The notes below the pieces were generated by a model. The model ran no database searches and was not told the DNA's origin. It was given only the letters and a program-made list of their open reading frames with translations. Made by a program: the position numbers and the translations under genes. A stretch of DNA of 64,000 nucleotides from Candidatus Micrarchaeaceae archaeon (GTDB taxonomy: Archaea; Micrarchaeota; Micrarchaeia; Micrarchaeales; Micrarchaeaceae). Of this stretch, positions 1 through 8,688 are shown one piece after another (the stretch's first letter is position 1; each line of letters starts with the position of its first letter). Location: contig DAIDAE010000001.1 of NCBI GenBank assembly GCA_027310755.1, forward strand, positions 23,103 to 87,102. The letters are read 5' to 3'.

Positions 1-109
1 CAAGTATGGAGGGCCCGAATATGAACAGGGCTCCCGCCCCAATGACTCCAAGAGCCACGAGCGCGATGATCAACTTTCCTAGTATACCAATACCTGCACC
101 AGCTGCCAT
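1..109 (-). CDS. N-terminal fragment of a membrane protein (gene continues past the window start)
   Basis: A minus-strand ATG (plus-strand CAT at 107-109) opens MAAGAGIGILGKLIIALVALGVIGAGALFIFGPSIL, a hydrophobic helix. It runs off the window edge and is too short for the ORF track. Confidence 0.3.
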   Translation of the reverse strand, partial: MAAGAGIGILGKLIIALVALGVIGAGALFIFGPSIL

Positions 110-230
110 TCAATCACACGGTTAGTCTATCTGCAAAAGGATATAAAAATATGACCAAGGTGCAGTAAATGACCAAAAAAGTATTAATATTTACCGCCCA
201 TGGATTGCACACAACAAAGGCAACGGTTTT

Positions 231-1067
231 ATGCTAAAGTGGTACGGTTATCTTGGAATCCTACTCATAGCTTTCGCAGAGATAAATTTTCTTCTTGTCA
301 TCGAGCCGTTTGCCCTGTGGTACATACCAATAGTGTGGAGCGGATACATTTTATTGGTCGACAGCATCACCTACAGGATAAAAGGACAATCCCTCATAAT
401 GTCCTACACAAAGGAATTCATGGCGATGTGTGCAATTTCGGTTCCATTCTGGCTCATTTTTGAGTTCTATAATATTTTCACAAACAGCTGGATATACACC
501 AACTATGTCTGGTATGTCCACATAGTGGATTTCATAACGATAATGCCAGCGGTCCTTGAGACGTTCACGCTGCTGGGCGCCATCGGAGTTTTCAAGAGCC
601 TGGACAAAACCAGGAAGAAAAACACGCAGGCCCCATCCCGCTCCCCATCCATACTGCTCCAGCTCCTAGTCTTCTTCGGGGCGTTCATCACTATCCTCCC
701 ATTCATTGATCCGAAGATAGGATATCCATTCATGTGGGTTGGACTTATCCTTCTGCTGGACCCGTTCAATTACCTCACAGGAAGACCTAGTGTGGCCCAG
801 AAGTTCAGCAGCGGAAACAAGAGCATTCTTTATAGGCTCTTCCTCTCCGGCCTGATAATGGGCTTCTTCTGGGAATTTTGGAATTATCAGGCGTATCCAA
901 AATGGACATACAACCTGCACTATTTCATATTCTCCGGCATAAAACTCTTCGAGATGCCGCTCGCGGGCTATCTAGGCTATCTCCCGTTCGCGGTTGAGGT
1001 ATATCTGTTCTTTGCGTTCTTCAGATCGTTCTTGTTCAAAAGGACAAATACGCTGCTTGAGACGTAG
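231..1067 (+). CDS. Polytopic membrane protein of unknown function with an internal duplication
   Basis: 278-aa ORF with several hydrophobic segments. The motif FEFYNIFTNSWIYTNY recurs as FWEFWNYQAYPKWTYNL, indicating two homologous halves. I do not recognise a family. Confidence 0.7.
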   Translation: MLKWYGYLGILLIAFAEINFLLVIEPFALWYIPIVWSGYILLVDSITYRIKGQSLIMSYTKEFMAMCAISVPFWLIFEFYNIFTNSWIYTNYVWYVHIVDFITIMPAVLETFTLLGAIGVFKSLDKTRKKNTQAPSRSPSILLQLLVFFGAFITILPFIDPKIGYPFMWVGLILLLDPFNYLTGRPSVAQKFSSGNKSILYRLFLSGLIMGFFWEFWNYQAYPKWTYNLHYFIFSGIKLFEMPLAGYLGYLPFAVEVYLFFAFFRSFLFKRTNTLLET

Positions 1068-1069
1068 TA

Positions 1070-1142
1070 TGGGGCTGCTGGGATTTGAACCCAGGTTACA
1101 CGCGCCCGAGGCGTGCCGTCTACCAGGTTAGCTTACAGCCCC
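1070..1142 (-). tRNA. tRNA-Pro (anticodon CGG)
   Basis: 73-nt minus-strand cloverleaf. Acceptor GGGGCTG/CAGCCCC, anticodon stem CACGC/GCGTG, loop CTCGGGC (U33, CGG, G37), T-arm CTGGG-TTCAAAT-CCCAG, discriminator A. CCA is not encoded. The D-stem pairs poorly by eye. Confidence 0.85.
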
Positions 1143-1365
1143 GAAATTCACTCAACTATTGAGGAAAAGTTAATTTAAGCGTTGGCATTGCAAATCCCCT
1201 CCAAATCCTAGAAGGCGCCCCCCTGCATCAATACAGCAATGTATAAATACCAGATGCTGCCTAATCTCCTGCTTGCTAAGTTGCAAAAACGCAAAGGTCC
1301 ATCGCGAAAATTTCACTTTTCACCGAGTTTAAATATCATTTACGACACTATATCAGGGTAAAGAA

Positions 1366-1662
1366 ATGGCAACAGAAATAACGAATACAGGCCTGCTGGC
1401 CCATCTAAGGAAGGGAGAGCCCGAGCATGAGCCTGAAGCACCGACCATAAATCTCACGGAGCGCAAGACATCGTCTTTTACAATGCATCCGCATGCTATC
1501 GTGCCAAGTGCCGTTCCGGAGATCTTCAGCACATGGCGGATTGATATAAGGAACATAAATGTCAGGGTGGATTCCACAAACGTAAGTTTCCCAAAATTCG
1601 ATCCCAACACCTTTGAAATATTTAGGAGGAGGAAGGAGGGAAAGATAGGGCAGAAAATCTAA
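1366..1662 (+). CDS. Hypothetical small protein
   Basis: 98-aa ORF with no recognisable motif. An antisense ORF of similar length (1353..1610) competes with it. I chose + because it is co-directional with, and close to, the next gene. Confidence 0.35.
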   Translation: MATEITNTGLLAHLRKGEPEHEPEAPTINLTERKTSSFTMHPHAIVPSAVPEIFSTWRIDIRNINVRVDSTNVSFPKFDPNTFEIFRRRKEGKIGQKI

Positions 1663-1699
1663 TTCTATACATCTTCAACCAACTCCACAAAGCCTTTAA

Positions 1700-2596
1700 A
1701 TGTATCCAAACCTGTATAAAGCAGTGAACTTGATGCAGACGATAAAACACATCTATCCTTTGCCCACAGCCAAGGCGGTGGTCGTTGTGATGGTTATAAT
1801 AGGATTGATTTTGGGTTTGATATTCGGACTGGCCAGCAGCGCGCTCGGCGGCCTCGCAAGGCTGCTGGGAAGCACAGCGGCCGGCGTAACGCTCGTCAAT
1901 TTCGGCCTTCTCTCGATAATAGCCTTTCCTATAATATTCGCGATAGCAGGTTTCATCTTCACAGTAATAAGTGTATGGGTCTACAATGTCCTCGCCGGGT
2001 TTCTTGGCGGGGTTAAATGGGACTTCAGCAACGGCACACTGAATAAATTGGACATAGTTTCGGTGGCGAAGATTGACATGGGCATTTTTGGCGTATTTGC
2101 GCTCATAGAAGGATTTCTGGTAGGCGGATTCGCATTGGGCTTCAATGTTGTTGGGGCCGTAGTCGGCGCCATAGGCGGATTGATAGTCGGCGCAATACTT
2201 GGATTCATAATGGGTGCTGTTGGAGCATTCTTATATAATGTGGTTGCATCGCTTGTCGGCGGGTACAAATTCACCTTCGAAGGCAGGGGAATAAAGAACA
2301 TAAACCCATTATCGTATGCGAAGGTTGTTGCAGTGCTCTCCGCGGTATACGGCCTGATCCAGGGATTGCTATCGCTTACTCTCTTCGGCGCGTTGGCAGG
2401 CCTTGCAGCATCAAACCCGGCGTTTGCCACAGTTTTCGCTTCTTCCACAGCAAGCGGCTCCCTGGGCATTGTTGGCGTATTGGTCTTGGTGGTAGTCAAT
2501 CTGATAATCGGCTTCATCGCAGGAGCATTGGCCGCAGTATTGTATAACATTCCGGCCGGCAGGAACATAGGAAGGATAGAGATGGAGCTCACCTGA
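1700..2596 (+). CDS. Gly/Ala-rich multi-pass membrane protein with three repeat modules
   Basis: 298-aa ORF of glycine-zipper-like TM helices. Three modules end in VWVYNVLAGFLGGVKWDF, GAFLYNVVASLVGGYKFTF and AAVLYNIPAGRNIGRIEM. Confidence 0.65.
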   Translation: MYPNLYKAVNLMQTIKHIYPLPTAKAVVVVMVIIGLILGLIFGLASSALGGLARLLGSTAAGVTLVNFGLLSIIAFPIIFAIAGFIFTVISVWVYNVLAGFLGGVKWDFSNGTLNKLDIVSVAKIDMGIFGVFALIEGFLVGGFALGFNVVGAVVGAIGGLIVGAILGFIMGAVGAFLYNVVASLVGGYKFTFEGRGIKNINPLSYAKVVAVLSAVYGLIQGLLSLTLFGALAGLAASNPAFATVFASSTASGSLGIVGVLVLVVVNLIIGFIAGALAAVLYNIPAGRNIGRIEMELT

Positions 2597-2680
2597 TACG
2601 TGGAAGATTTTTAGCATCTCTCCAAAGGTCACCATCAGATTCGCGGATTGGCGTCAGCGCGCGAAAGAGAACCGATAACA

Positions 2681-3484
2681 ATGATAACAGAGCTCTGTGG
2701 CAAAAGAGTATTCCCTATAGGGTTCGGCACCTGGAGGATGGGCGGGGAGATGACAGCCAACAGTGCTAATGACGACAGCGAGGTAAAGGCGATAAAATAC
2801 GCAATAGCAAATGGCATAAACGTCATTGATACCGCGGAGATGTATGGGTCCGGCCACGCAGAGGAATTGGTCTCCAACGCAATAAAAAGAATGGACAGGG
2901 AAAAACTTTTCATAATATCCAAGGTATGGCCGACCAACCTTGGCCATGACAGGATGATAAGGTCGGCCGAAAACAGCCTCCGTCGCCTCAATTCAAAATA
3001 CATAGACCTTTATCTTATCCACTGGCCCAATCCCCTCGCCAATATGAGGGAGGCGATAGGCGCGATGGAGGAATTGATCGACAGGGGGATAATAAGGCAT
3101 ATGGGGGTCAGCAACTTTGGCCCCAATGACGTCAAAAAGGCCATGGAATCGGCCAAGAAATACGATATCGAGGCCAACGAGATATCATACAGCCTCGCCA
3201 AGAAGGACCCGGAGGATTATCTAATTCCCTTCTGCCAGAAACACAATATTAAGGTGATAGCGCACACCCCACTCGCAAGGGGCAACGTCCTGAAGATGAG
3301 GGAGGTTATCGAGCTTGCAGAAAAATACAATAAGAAACCGTCACAGATAGCGCTCAACTACCTGATGAAAAAGTCGCTTCCGATACCAAAAGCCGTAAAT
3401 ATGAGGCATATCAAGGAGTTAATAGGGGCGGTTGGATGGGGGATGGACGAAGAGGACTACAGCAAATTGTCAGGGATGAGATAA
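2681..3484 (+). CDS. Aldo/keto reductase family oxidoreductase
   Basis: N-terminus MITELCGKRVFPIGFGTWRMGG, then DTAEMYGSGHAEE, LYLIHWP, GVSNF. These are typical AKR motifs. The track ORF begins at TTG 2648; ATG 2681 gives the usual short N-terminus. Confidence 0.85.
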   Translation: MITELCGKRVFPIGFGTWRMGGEMTANSANDDSEVKAIKYAIANGINVIDTAEMYGSGHAEELVSNAIKRMDREKLFIISKVWPTNLGHDRMIRSAENSLRRLNSKYIDLYLIHWPNPLANMREAIGAMEELIDRGIIRHMGVSNFGPNDVKKAMESAKKYDIEANEISYSLAKKDPEDYLIPFCQKHNIKVIAHTPLARGNVLKMREVIELAEKYNKKPSQIALNYLMKKSLPIPKAVNMRHIKELIGAVGWGMDEEDYSKLSGMR

Positions 3485-4038
3485 GGGGGGCGGAGGAGCT
3501 CAGGATCCTTCCAAATATTTACGAGCCGCTTGAGGATTCCTACCTTCTTGCAGAAATTGCCGGAAAGAAGGCATTCGGCAAGGTGCTGGACATGGGGACC
3601 GGATCCGGGATACAGGGCATAGCCGCGGCCAGAAAAGGATGCGATGTGACATTCGCGGACATAGACAGGAACGCAGTAAAATGCGCGAGGCTCAATGCGG
3701 AGATAAGCAAAGTGAGGGGAAAGTTCGTTGTAACCGATCTTTTTGATAAGATCTCTGGCAAATTCAATACCATAATATTCAATCCGCCCTACGTCACCTC
3801 CGATCCTCTCCACAAGATGAATAAGGTCAATTTTGCATTGGACGGCGGGTTCGAAGGCAGGGAGGTAATAGACAGGTTCCTGGAATCATACAAGGAATAT
3901 CTGCTGCCGAGACATATGGTTCTGATGGTCGAGAGCTCGCAGAACAATTACATGAAGGACGTCGAAAGGCTGGATGCTAAAATAGTGGGCAAGGTGCACA
4001 TGTTCTTCGAGGACATAGTGGTTCTTGAGTTCAAATGA
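3436..4038 (+). CDS. HemK/Mtq2-like SAM-dependent methyltransferase (NPPY class)
   Basis: YEPLEDSYLL, SAM-binding VLDMGTGSGIQG, catalytic IIFNPPYV. The only in-frame start overlaps the preceding gene by 49 nt, so the start is uncertain. Confidence 0.75.
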   Translation: MGDGRRGLQQIVRDEIRGAEELRILPNIYEPLEDSYLLAEIAGKKAFGKVLDMGTGSGIQGIAAARKGCDVTFADIDRNAVKCARLNAEISKVRGKFVVTDLFDKISGKFNTIIFNPPYVTSDPLHKMNKVNFALDGGFEGREVIDRFLESYKEYLLPRHMVLMVESSQNNYMKDVERLDAKIVGKVHMFFEDIVVLEFK

Positions 4039-4039
4039 G

Positions 4040-4846
4040 TCAAAGCATGAACTCCTTCCTGAAGCTTTTCACCCCAAGGTATATTATCAGCACATCTGCG
4101 ACAGCAAGGGCCGCAATCAGCCATCCGAAGAACCCAACGCTGAGGTCCGCTATGCCCAATATTGCCGCAAACGGCATTACCAGTATGGGAAGTACAAGAA
4201 GCGTGCTTATCTGCTGCGATTCCTTTACTCCCTTTACATGAGAGGAGACCAGCACCACTATGCCTATCGTCGCTATCGCAAGGAACGGCGATGAGAGAAG
4301 CATCATGAGCCACGTCGGGGTCGGAAGTATCACTTGCTGGAATATCTGGTAAGACAAGTAATTGGTGATATAGCCGTATACCGCAAAAACCGCCACGGTC
4401 AGGATTACTGTAGGGACAAACGATGCGATTATCTTGCCGAGCAGGAGCTCCGACCGCGTTATAGGGGTCGACAGCAGCGCCTCTGCCGTTTTCCTTTCCT
4501 TCTCCCCCGCAAAACTGTCCGCGGCTATCACCGATGCGGTCAATATCGGCATCGTCAGGAATATCGGGCCCAATACGCTTATCGAGAAAAACGTCATGAA
4601 TATCAAACCGGCAGATGCAGATATTCCGGCAACCGATGCCGGGGTCGAAATTAGTTTCGATAGTACGCTTCCCGCGGAGTGCTGTGTAACATAGAATGTG
4701 AGGACAGGCAGCATCACCGCAAAAAACATCGGCACCCCTATCATAGGACCGTATATCTCAATGCTGGTGAAGACCTCTGCCAGGTCTTTTGTGGCTATCG
4801 CATACGCCTTTCCAAAGTTCACAATATCATCTTGAAAGATCATCAA
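4040..4846 (-). CDS. ABC-2 type transporter permease
   Basis: 268-aa polytopic membrane ORF whose start overlaps the end of the upstream ABC ATPase gene by 20 nt. This is typical ABC-2 (NatB-like) operon architecture. Confidence 0.75.
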   Translation of the reverse strand: MMIFQDDIVNFGKAYAIATKDLAEVFTSIEIYGPMIGVPMFFAVMLPVLTFYVTQHSAGSVLSKLISTPASVAGISASAGLIFMTFFSISVLGPIFLTMPILTASVIAADSFAGEKERKTAEALLSTPITRSELLLGKIIASFVPTVILTVAVFAVYGYITNYLSYQIFQQVILPTPTWLMMLLSSPFLAIATIGIVVLVSSHVKGVKESQQISTLLVLPILVMPFAAILGIADLSVGFFGWLIAALAVADVLIIYLGVKSFRKEFML

Positions 4847-5726
4847 TCAGGTGCTCCATGTAATCTATGCTCACTATTTTTCCGCCCTCGGCCAGCAGCT
4901 CCCCTATCGTTTTGCTGACGTCCCTATAATCTCCAACCCTGAATTTCAATAAGGTGGCCGCCTCCGCGTTCGCTTCCACGAAACCCGGCAGCCGCATTGC
5001 AGTCGATTTCTTTATTGGCCTTGCTAGCCTAAAGTTAACCACTGTATTCCTGAGAATCACGCCGTAAAGCCCGTCTATCGTGGTTTCCCTAACTATGCGC
5101 CCATGGCTCATGATGGATATCTTTCCATTGAATCTGGTCACTTCGTCCAGCTTTTGGGTCACAAAGAGGATGGTTTTCCCCTCTTTTTCGTACCCCGCCA
5201 GCACCTTCCTCACCATCTCCGCGGAGTGCGCGTCAAGGAAGGCCGTGGGTTCATCCAGGAGCAGTATTTGCGGTTCATTGAGAACAGCCCTGCAGAATGC
5301 CACTTTCTGCTTTGTGCCCCTGCTCAATCCATAGACTTTCCTGTCAATGTACTCTATCGCATCAAGGCGCTCCAACATCTCCCTCGACCTATTCATGGTT
5401 TCCGCATTCCCCAATCCATAAAGCCTTCCAAAAAATCTTAGGTTGTCAGCCACGGTCAGGTAGTCGTATAGCGCGTAGTTATCGGTAAGCAGCGAAAGTT
5501 TCTCCTTAAGTTGGTCGTTCCTGTATGGATCCTCGCCAAGCACACTCACGCTCCCGCGCTCTACCCTATAGAGCCCATCCACGCACCTCAGGAATGTGCT
5601 CTTTCCGGCGCCGTTGGGACCAAGAATGATGTTCATGCCCCTTTCTGAAGCGAAGCTCACCTTCTCCAGCGCCACGGTGCCCCCGAACCTCTTGGCTATA
5701 TTTTTTACGCTTATTGCCCTGTCCAT
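4827..5726 (-). CDS. ABC transporter ATP-binding protein
   Basis: Walker A GPNGAGKST, signature-like LSRGTKQKV, Walker B ILLLDEPTAFLD. Confidence 0.9.
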   Translation of the reverse strand: MDRAISVKNIAKRFGGTVALEKVSFASERGMNIILGPNGAGKSTFLRCVDGLYRVERGSVSVLGEDPYRNDQLKEKLSLLTDNYALYDYLTVADNLRFFGRLYGLGNAETMNRSREMLERLDAIEYIDRKVYGLSRGTKQKVAFCRAVLNEPQILLLDEPTAFLDAHSAEMVRKVLAGYEKEGKTILFVTQKLDEVTRFNGKISIMSHGRIVRETTIDGLYGVILRNTVVNFRLARPIKKSTAMRLPGFVEANAEAATLLKFRVGDYRDVSKTIGELLAEGGKIVSIDYMEHLIDDLSR

Positions 5727-5759
5727 CGAAATAATTGTCAGACAGTGCTTAAAAATCGA

Positions 5760-7826
5760 TTACTCGATGTCCCTCTTTACCAGCCTGACCACTCCCGTCT
5801 TGGGGCTGAAAACATCCCCGCTCCTTTCCAGCTCTTCCAGGTACTTTCTAGCGGTCGCTTCATCCATGCCGGCCTTCGCCGCCTCCTCTATTATCAGCTG
5901 GTATTTTGCCCCCTGCCCGTTGCTCTCCGATTCCAGCTTCCTTATTATCGCCGTCATGTTGTTGAGCTTATCAACTTTCTCCCTAGGCATTCCGGTGAGC
6001 AGCGTGTCTATATCCCTCCTCCCGCTGGTGTCCACCGCGAGCGTCTTAAGCACGAACTCGGAGAGGCCAAGGGCCCTTTCCGCATCTATTAATTCAACCG
6101 TATCTGAAAGTCTCGTCTTTGCGCTCGCCTCCGCCATTCTTACCAGCCCCTCTATCTGCCTTGGGGTTATTGCCACAGCCCCTGCCCGCATGCCTATCTG
6201 CCTTAGCTCAACATAATAATCCTGTATCCTTTTTGCCGCTGCATCGCTCAATCTGGGCATGACGTGCTTTTTGGCATAGGCTATGTATTTCCTCAGGAGT
6301 TCGCTGTCTATCGGCGGCTTATCTACGTTCTTGAATTCCTCATCCGCAATCAGCGCGCCGGCCGCTTCGTGCTGCTGCAGTATGTACTGCGCTATGCTCT
6401 TGTCCCTTTCAGGGTCCATCTCATCCCTTATCGGGAAGATAAGATCGAATCTTGAAAGCAGGGTCGGGGGTATGTCAAACTGCTGCGCCGGATATGTGTG
6501 CGGATCAAATCTCCCGTATTTCGGGTTTGCAGCGGCAAGGACCGCGGTCCTCGCGTTGAAAGTTGCTATTATCCCTGCTTTTGCTACGCTGATTGTCTGT
6601 GACTCGAGCGCTTCATGGAGCGCCGCCCTATCGTCATCGTTTATCTTGTCGAATTCATCTATGCATACCGTGCCCCCGGATCCAAGGACCAGGGCGCCCG
6701 CCTTAAGCACCCATCCTCCCTCCGAGAATTCGTCACGCTCCGCCACCGCCGTCATTCCGCCTCCTGTCACCGACTTGCCGCTTACATAGATCCCCTTCGG
6801 GACAAGCCTGGCCACGGACTGAAGGACCCTTGTTTTTGCACTGCCAGGGTCTCCGATCAGCAGTATGTGCATGTCGGCACGGATTATTCCGCCGTCCACA
6901 AGCCTCTTTCCTGGCGTGCCGCCAAACAGCTGCAGCGCGACCGCCTGCTTTATCTCATCATGTCCGAAAATCGAAGTTGCGATTGATTTTGAGATCCTTT
7001 CAAATATCTTCGGGTCCTTTGCAAGCTCCATTATCTGCCTTTCCTCCTCGTCGTTTATCTGCAGCTCGGCAAATTCCTTCTGTTTCGGGATTATGGAGAC
7101 GGTGTCGAGGAACATGGTATATATGCTCTTTTCGACCTTACCCCTCTGGTTCCTTCTTGGCCTTATCCTAAGGATCCCAGTAAGTTCAATGATGTCTCCC
7201 GGGATCACCGAATTCACTAGGTCGTCTTCTATCCATACCTCCAGCTGCCACGTCGGGGCAGTGCCCTTCAATTTTTCCAACGGATCCTGGACGGCAATTT
7301 TCTGGAGATTGACGAATACAGAGTCTTCAGGCATCTGCTTAAGGGTCTTTCTCTTACATTGATGGCAGATCTCCAGGACCTCGTCCTTCCCAGACCTGAA
7401 CCTATACAGCTCGCCGCAGTTCGTGCACTTGTAGGCGTCGATCTTTGCCCTCGGGCTTATTTCCGACCTTTTCACAACCAGGCTGTCGAGTTTTATCAGC
7501 TTTCCTATGTAATTGGACCCCACGTCCATGACGAGGGGGGTGTTTATGTTCTGGTTAAAGAAACGTACGTGAACGTCGTTATCCCCGAGTTCTATGTCCC
7601 CCAGCTTGCCCCTCAGCGATGCGTTTGCGGCATCGATAATGACATCCGGCCTGGCGGCGAGCTCATTAGCAAGCTCGGGATCGTACTTGCTCAGGTCGTT
7701 GAAGTCCACCTTGACGCTCTTCCTGTCAGGAAAGGAAATTATAATGTCCTCGATGGCGGGTCTGTAGTACCTCTCGAAAAAGTCATCGAATCTCGTCTTT
7801 ATGGCTTCGATAAGCGCATCAACCAA
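5760..7826 (-). CDS. mcm: Replicative helicase MCM
   Basis: 688 aa. Zn finger CTNCG...CHQCKRK, Walker A LLIGDPGSAKT, Walker B CIDEFDKI, arginine finger SRFDLIF, C-terminal winged-helix-like tail. No intein. Confidence 0.95.
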   Translation of the reverse strand: MVDALIEAIKTRFDDFFERYYRPAIEDIIISFPDRKSVKVDFNDLSKYDPELANELAARPDVIIDAANASLRGKLGDIELGDNDVHVRFFNQNINTPLVMDVGSNYIGKLIKLDSLVVKRSEISPRAKIDAYKCTNCGELYRFRSGKDEVLEICHQCKRKTLKQMPEDSVFVNLQKIAVQDPLEKLKGTAPTWQLEVWIEDDLVNSVIPGDIIELTGILRIRPRRNQRGKVEKSIYTMFLDTVSIIPKQKEFAELQINDEEERQIMELAKDPKIFERISKSIATSIFGHDEIKQAVALQLFGGTPGKRLVDGGIIRADMHILLIGDPGSAKTRVLQSVARLVPKGIYVSGKSVTGGGMTAVAERDEFSEGGWVLKAGALVLGSGGTVCIDEFDKINDDDRAALHEALESQTISVAKAGIIATFNARTAVLAAANPKYGRFDPHTYPAQQFDIPPTLLSRFDLIFPIRDEMDPERDKSIAQYILQQHEAAGALIADEEFKNVDKPPIDSELLRKYIAYAKKHVMPRLSDAAAKRIQDYYVELRQIGMRAGAVAITPRQIEGLVRMAEASAKTRLSDTVELIDAERALGLSEFVLKTLAVDTSGRRDIDTLLTGMPREKVDKLNNMTAIIRKLESESNGQGAKYQLIIEEAAKAGMDEATARKYLEELERSGDVFSPKTGVVRLVKRDIE

Positions 7827-7962
7827 ATAATCACTTTAAGAAGCTGGATTATATCGGAATTGGATTATTTAAATCCATCCAACAATCGCCCCACACAAAG
7901 TAAAATGCTATGCGAAAAGTTAATATACTCTTTTGAAAATTTGAGATGCGGAACTGTACCGG

Positions 7963-8634
7963 CTAAATCCCGCCCAGGAACAGCCCTACTATCCATCCAA
8001 CCAGACCGGTTACAAATATCAAGATCGTCGCCATCTTTTTTGATATCGCCTCCTGGTTTGCAAGCGCATACACGAGTATGACCAGCTGCCAGCCCACAAG
8101 TATCGGGACAAGGACAAGGTTGAGCAGCGGTATCGCTATCACCCATGCAAACACCGCAAGTGGAGCCGCGCTGCACACAAACGCTGTGGCCGTGTTGTCG
8201 TATTCGTTCTTGAAGAGCTTTAGCACCCACCTCCCTATTATGAAGTAAACCAGGCTCCAGAAGAAGAGATTGACCGGGACGGCTATCCATACGAAAAACA
8301 ATGTGCCAACCACGAGGAGTGCCACCGCAAGCGTGCCGACAAATTCTCCGGCCGCATAGGTCAGCAACCCCCCATAATACGAATTAATGCTGTTAACCGG
8401 CGAAAAAATAATGGCTATTATGGAATGGAGCATTGCAGCAATGGTGGCGGCCAGGACGCCCCCAAGCAGTATCTCGGCGATCACCGCCAAGAGGACAGGT
8501 ATCAGCGACGCCTTGTAGTACTTTATGAATGCCCCTATGGAATCCATAGTCTCCGTTGTTTTATCTGCCGGGTGGAGCATCACACCCCAGGCCCACTTAA
8601 GGTCGTCCAAGAACAGCATAGTAGAACAATTCAA
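7963..8634 (-). CDS. Multi-pass membrane protein (possibly Yip1/DUF1282-like)
   Basis: 223-aa ORF with a soluble N-terminal ~40 aa followed by 5 hydrophobic helices. The family assignment is tentative. Confidence 0.6.
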   Translation of the reverse strand: MNCSTMLFLDDLKWAWGVMLHPADKTTETMDSIGAFIKYYKASLIPVLLAVIAEILLGGVLAATIAAMLHSIIAIIFSPVNSINSYYGGLLTYAAGEFVGTLAVALLVVGTLFFVWIAVPVNLFFWSLVYFIIGRWVLKLFKNEYDNTATAFVCSAAPLAVFAWVIAIPLLNLVLVPILVGWQLVILVYALANQEAISKKMATILIFVTGLVGWIVGLFLGGI

Positions 8635-8688
8635 ATAGGCATTTTAAATACTTTCATAGCAGAGTATTAACCGCTTAAAAATATTTAG

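Noticed and set aside
1981-2592. 203-aa ORF antisense to the Gly/Ala-rich membrane protein
   Set aside because: GGN/GCN-rich sense codons keep the complementary frame open (Pro/Ala/Thr-rich product). The sense ORF has coherent TM repeats and a plausible start.
5596-6216. 206-aa ORF spanning the ABC-ATPase start and the MCM end on the opposite strand
   Set aside because: It overlaps two strongly supported minus-strand genes, and its product is a low-complexity Ser/Leu-rich sequence.
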